Assembly: GCA_964446945.1 (NCBI GenBank)
Contig: CAYUQO010000012.1
Span: forward strand, 20,194 to 84,193
Direction: 5' to 3'
Length of the DNA stretch: 64,000 nucleotides
Source: an uncultured Bordetella sp.
GTDB lineage: Bacteria; Pseudomonadota; Alphaproteobacteria; Micropepsales; Micropepsaceae
Part shown: positions 60,484-64,000 of the stretch, piece by piece
Layout of the letters: each line of letters starts with the position of its first letter
How positions within the stretch are numbered: position 1 is the first letter of the stretch
Notes under the pieces: generated by a model
The model's database searches: none
Told to the model about the DNA's origin: nothing
The model's input: the letters and a program-made list of their open reading frames with translations, nothing else
Program-made: the position numbers and the translations under genes

Positions 60484-61800
60484 ATGAATCAATCACCGCT
60501 GCTGCAGGCCCTCGAGTATTACAAAATCGGCCGGTTTGAGCCTGCTGCCGAATTGCTGCACGCCTGTCTTCAGAGTTCGCCGGCCGATGGTCCGGCCAAT
60601 CATCTGCTGGGGGTGATCTATTACCGGCAAGGCAGGCTTGCGGGGGCCCGCGATCACCTGGCGCGCGCCTGCGCCATGCCGGGCGCCACGCCGGAAATGT
60701 ACAACAACTATGGCGCTGCGCTGGACGGCCTGGGTGATTTGCGAGGCGCGGTCGCCGCGTATCGCAGTGCGCTCGCGCTCGATCCCAATTACGCAGACGC
60801 ACTCAGCAATCTTGGCGTGATTTATCTCAAGCAGGGCGAAACGCAGAGGGCGATCCAAACGCTGCGCCGCGCGATTGCGCTGAAGCCCGAACTGACAGAC
60901 GCGCAGCTGAATCTGAGAAATGCCTACCGGGAGGTCGTGCCTCCCTGGCATTTCGCGATGGTCAATGACCGGCCGCGCAACGCAGCGTATCGCAACGCAA
61001 TCGCGCGGATGGTTCCGGGAAAGCGCGTACTGGATATCGGAACGGGCGCCGGACTGCTCGCGATGATGGCGGCGCGGGCTGGCGCTGCGAGCGTCACCAC
61101 CTGCGAAGCGAATGCCGTAATCGCCGAGCGGGCAAAGGACATCGTCGCGTCCAACGGATTTGCCGATCGTGTATCTGTCATCGCAAAACATTCCACAGCA
61201 CTTCGGGTTGGGCAGGACCTGGATCAAAGAGCTGAGATCCTCATCACTGAAACTTTCGCCAGCGATTTACTGAGTGAGGGTATTGTTCCCGCGGTCGAGC
61301 ACGCGCATCGCGAATTGCTGATCCCGGATGCAACAATCATTCCGCGTCACGCTGCGGCCGTCGGATATCTGGCCGGCGGCCCGGAGATCGAGACCATGCT
61401 ATTCGCCGGCGCCAGCGAAGGATTCGACATTTCCGGGTTCAACGATTTCGCACCACCCGTGTTTCCCGCGACCCTGAACAATGTGCCGCCCGACATCCTT
61501 TCCGATGATTTCGAACTGCTCAGCCTTGATTTGCGGTCGCACCTGTTTGCAATGGAACAGCGCATGATTACGATTCCGGTGGTTAAATCGGGCACTGCAG
61601 CTGCCGTGGTGCAGTGGATTCGTCTCGATCTCGACGGCCTTCACCAATACGAGAACCGGCCCACGCCGGATCCCCGGGCCGAGACGCACTGGACCCAGAT
61701 TCTTTACCGGTTTCCGCAGCCATTTCCGGTCAGCGCTGGAACAGTGGTGAATCTTGCGGTCGGTCACAACCGCCGCCAGTTGTCTGTCGTCCTCGCTTGA
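60484..61800 (+). CDS. TPR-repeat protein fused to a protein-arginine-methyltransferase (PRMT)-like catalytic domain
   Basis: N-terminal TPRs (~150 aa). PRMT-like motifs follow: PPWHFAMVNDRPRNAAYRNAI, motif I VLDIGTGAGLLAMMAARAGA, post-I VTTCEAN, double-E loop ITETFASDLLSEG (E-x8-E), LIPDATIIPRHA, and THW loop AETHWTQILY. ATG 60484 was chosen; the track ORF starts at GTG 60454. Confidence 0.8.
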   Translation: MNQSPLLQALEYYKIGRFEPAAELLHACLQSSPADGPANHLLGVIYYRQGRLAGARDHLARACAMPGATPEMYNNYGAALDGLGDLRGAVAAYRSALALDPNYADALSNLGVIYLKQGETQRAIQTLRRAIALKPELTDAQLNLRNAYREVVPPWHFAMVNDRPRNAAYRNAIARMVPGKRVLDIGTGAGLLAMMAARAGAASVTTCEANAVIAERAKDIVASNGFADRVSVIAKHSTALRVGQDLDQRAEILITETFASDLLSEGIVPAVEHAHRELLIPDATIIPRHAAAVGYLAGGPEIETMLFAGASEGFDISGFNDFAPPVFPATLNNVPPDILSDDFELLSLDLRSHLFAMEQRMITIPVVKSGTAAAVVQWIRLDLDGLHQYENRPTPDPRAETHWTQILYRFPQPFPVSAGTVVNLAVGHNRRQLSVVLA

Positions 61801-61884
61801 GCGCCGGCCTATTGCGCAGCTCCGTCGAGATCGCGACGAATCCGCCAGACTTAATCCAGACCGGGCGGAAAGGCGCTTCCATCA

Positions 61885-63630
61885 TTGCCCAATAGCCGGA
61901 CTCGCCGTAATGGCCAGAGCGGAGACGAAACCGCGACAGCCCAGGCGGCACTGCGGGCCGGCCGATTGGCGGAAGCCGAAGTACACCTGTTGCGCATATT
62001 GAGTCGAAATCGGAGCAACGATTTTGCCCTGGCGCTGGCCGGCGAACTGCGGGTTGCACAGCAACGGCTTCGGGATGCGGCATTGCTTTACGCGCAGGCG
62101 GTGACGCTGCGCCCGGATGTTGTTTCATATAAGGAGCGTTTCGCCGAACTCGCCAGACGGATGCATGCCGCCGAATGGGACCCATTGCTCGCAGATGCTT
62201 TGACAGCCTGCCTTCGAACTCCGGAAATCGATTGCACGCGCCTCTCCGGATTTTGGTCCAGCCTGGTACTGCAACAGCCGGCAATCAAATCGTTCGTGAG
62301 CAATCCGGATCTGGTTGCACCCGCCCTGTCCACTCCGCTGCTGACTGAGGGGCTGAAGCGGCTTTTGGTATATGACGCGCCCACGGAAGACTTCATCTGC
62401 CATTTGCGCTGCCGGTTGTTATTCCATCGACAGCAAAGCGTATCGCGCGACTGGGTGGCGCTTGCGACCGCGCTCGCACGTTATGCGTTCAATTCCGATT
62501 ACATTCTGGACCTTTCCGAAGACGAGCAATCCGCCGTGGCGCAATTGCGCGGACGCGTCGAGGCCTCCCGAGAACCAGCGGCGATTGCTGTTCTTGCCTG
62601 CTACTGTCCGCTGTGGGCGCTTCCGAATTCCGGGGACATTCTGGCCCAACATGGTCGATCGGGCCCATTGAAAGACCTGGTAAAGCTGCACATTGCCGAT
62701 GCCCTGGAGTTTCGCGCGGCAGCGCAGGAAGTCGCAACCCTGACCACTATCGGCGATGGAGTTTCGGCCGCGGTGCGCCGTCAATACGAGGATTTTCCTT
62801 ATCCGCGCTGGCAGCCGGTTGCGCGGCAGAAGCTCGTCAGGGATTGGGAAAACGAGGAATGCAACCGTTCGACCGAACACCTGTTGCGTGGCAAGGCGGC
62901 GCGCATTCTGGTGGCCGGATGCGGTACCGGGAAAGAGGCGGTGATGCTGGCCACGATTTTTCCGGATGCGCAGATCATTGCAGTGGACCTCAGCCGCACC
63001 AGTCTGGGTTATGCGGCCGTGATGGCGAAGCGATGTGGGATCAGCAATGTCTCATTCCATCACGCCGACATCACGCAGCTCGGTTCGCTGAATGAGAAAT
63101 TCGATTACATTTCGGCCGTGGGCGTGCTGCATCACCTGGAGGACCCCGCTGCCGGATGGAAAATCTGTACAGAGCTGCTCAAGCCCGGGGGGCTTATGCG
63201 TATTGGCCTTTACAGCCAGGCCGGACGTTGGGCGGTGGTCGCGGCGCGCGAAGTGATCGCGCGCGGCGGATATGGTGCGGACGCCGAAGGAATGCGTAGA
63301 TTCCGCCGGGGCAGCCCGGCGCTCCTGCCCGAACCGGTGCTCGATGATTTGAGGCGGTTCACGGATTACTACCAGCTCAGCATGTATCGCGATCTTCTGT
63401 TCCATGTTCAGGAACGTCGCTTCACGATTCCGCAGATTGCAGAGTTGCTGCACAATTTTCGCTTGACGTTTGCCGGGTTCTACCTGCCGGCCCATGTTCT
63501 GGCGCGCTACAGCGCCGCATTCCCCGAAGACCGCGCCCGTACCGATCTGCAGAACTGGCATCGCTTCGAACAACAGAATCCGGAAACATTCCGGAACATG
63601 TATATTTTCTGGTGCCGTAAGACCGGATGA
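61885..63630 (+). CDS. Class I SAM-dependent methyltransferase with a long helical/TPR-like N-terminal region
   Basis: 581 aa with motif I ILVAGCGTGKEAVMLA, AVDLSRTSL and FDYISAVGVLHHLEDP. Start uncertain: TTG 61885, with no in-frame ATG for ~95 codons. Confidence 0.75.
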   Translation: MPNSRTRRNGQSGDETATAQAALRAGRLAEAEVHLLRILSRNRSNDFALALAGELRVAQQRLRDAALLYAQAVTLRPDVVSYKERFAELARRMHAAEWDPLLADALTACLRTPEIDCTRLSGFWSSLVLQQPAIKSFVSNPDLVAPALSTPLLTEGLKRLLVYDAPTEDFICHLRCRLLFHRQQSVSRDWVALATALARYAFNSDYILDLSEDEQSAVAQLRGRVEASREPAAIAVLACYCPLWALPNSGDILAQHGRSGPLKDLVKLHIADALEFRAAAQEVATLTTIGDGVSAAVRRQYEDFPYPRWQPVARQKLVRDWENEECNRSTEHLLRGKAARILVAGCGTGKEAVMLATIFPDAQIIAVDLSRTSLGYAAVMAKRCGISNVSFHHADITQLGSLNEKFDYISAVGVLHHLEDPAAGWKICTELLKPGGLMRIGLYSQAGRWAVVAAREVIARGGYGADAEGMRRFRRGSPALLPEPVLDDLRRFTDYYQLSMYRDLLFHVQERRFTIPQIAELLHNFRLTFAGFYLPAHVLARYSAAFPEDRARTDLQNWHRFEQQNPETFRNMYIFWCRKTG

Positions 63631-63645
63631 CCAAAGCTCAGCTCA

Positions 63646-63683
63646 GCAAACAGGCCGCGGGAGGGATCCCGCGGCCTGTTTGC
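63646..63683. terminator. Perfect 17-bp-stem hairpin between convergent genes (terminator-like)
   Basis: GCAAACAGGCCGCGGGA-GGGA-TCCCGCGGCCTGTTTGC followed by TTT on the plus strand. Lies between the stop at 63630 (+) and the stop at 63695 (-). Confidence 0.7.
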
Positions 63684-63694
63684 TTTCGCAGCTG

Positions 63695-64000
63695 CTACCA
63701 GGTCTTGGTGACAATCAGGTCAAAGGTTCGTCCCTGGTCGCTCTTCAGGATGTCGAAGGCCGCGGGGTTTCCGCCACCGGTGCTGATACGGTACTCGAAC
63801 GGCGGCAGCCGGTTTGTGATGTCTTCGATGACAAGCTGGATTCCGATATTCTTCAGATAGTTATTGGCCGGAAGGTCGCCGGTATTGTAACCCAGCGAAA
63901 GATCGAACGTGTAATAGGACGGTTCGATGTTGGTGTAATTGCTGATCGCGCAGGGGAATGTCCCGCCGCCTGTCGTGCCCCCGGCCGCCGTGCACTGGAA
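63695..64000 (-). CDS. TonB-dependent receptor, C-terminal 101 codons (5' part beyond the window); paralog of 57115..60426
   Basis: Reverse translation reads FQCTAAGGTTGGGTFPCAISNYTNIEPSYYTFDLSLGYNTGDLPANNYLKNIGIQLVIEDITNRLPPFEYRISTGGGNPAAFDILKSDQGRTFDLIVTKTW*. About two-thirds of positions are identical to the C-terminus of the other receptor. Confidence 0.85.
   Translation of the reverse strand, partial: FQCTAAGGTTGGGTFPCAISNYTNIEPSYYTFDLSLGYNTGDLPANNYLKNIGIQLVIEDITNRLPPFEYRISTGGGNPAAFDILKSDQGRTFDLIVTKTW

Noticed and set aside
1-64000. Search for CRISPR arrays, rRNA genes, IS elements or prophage genes.
   Set aside because: None were seen. The only repeats found are the 23-bp tandem duplication and the two ~100-bp hairpin elements.

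Overview
High-GC alphaproteobacterial chromosome segment, Bradyrhizobiaceae/Nitrobacteraceae-like by gene content and repeat type (an inference). No rRNA, CRISPR, transposase or integrase was seen. The window has three parts. (1) 1-22.6 kb is a low-oxygen/stress island: a tightly coupled operon (beta-CASP MBL hydrolase, AMP/thymidine-phosphorylase-like, Prs-like, flavodoxin, ADP-forming acyl-CoA synthetase), a DevA/DevC/HlyD-type ABC efflux set, ExoD, UrcA, HtrA, CBS-BON, USP, P-type ATPase, BON, a receiver-only regulator and cytochrome c. Eight FNR/FixK-type boxes (TTGA-N6-TCAA) sit about 60-68 nt upstream of start codons. Four genes here are disrupted: two frameshifts, one in-frame TAG and one USP remnant. 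(2) 23-41.9 kb starts with tRNA-Gly(GCC) and housekeeping genes. It continues as an oxidoreductase/aromatic-catabolism block: Rieske dioxygenase plus LigB/LigA-type dioxygenase, PQQ dehydrogenase, two molybdoenzymes, SorAB-like sulfite dehydrogenase, and transporters. (3) 41.9-54.1 kb is the stand-out. Twelve same-strand tandem paralogs encode an uncharacterised exported ~260-320 aa protein family. They share two conserved Cys, a GES(V/I)GHYEGDTLVVDTIGL core and, in 11 of 12, a conserved C-terminal tail ending D/E-F. The array is interrupted by a pair of paralogous polytopic membrane proteins and by two copies of a ~100-bp hairpin repeat. Next to it lie an OmpR/HK two-component system, a ~1100-aa TonB-dependent receptor, a TPR-fused PRMT-like methyltransferase with intact double-E and THW loops, a second TPR/SAM methyltransferase and an inverted TonB-receptor paralog. 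Several sub-60-codon ORFs absent from the ORF track are proposed at low confidence.
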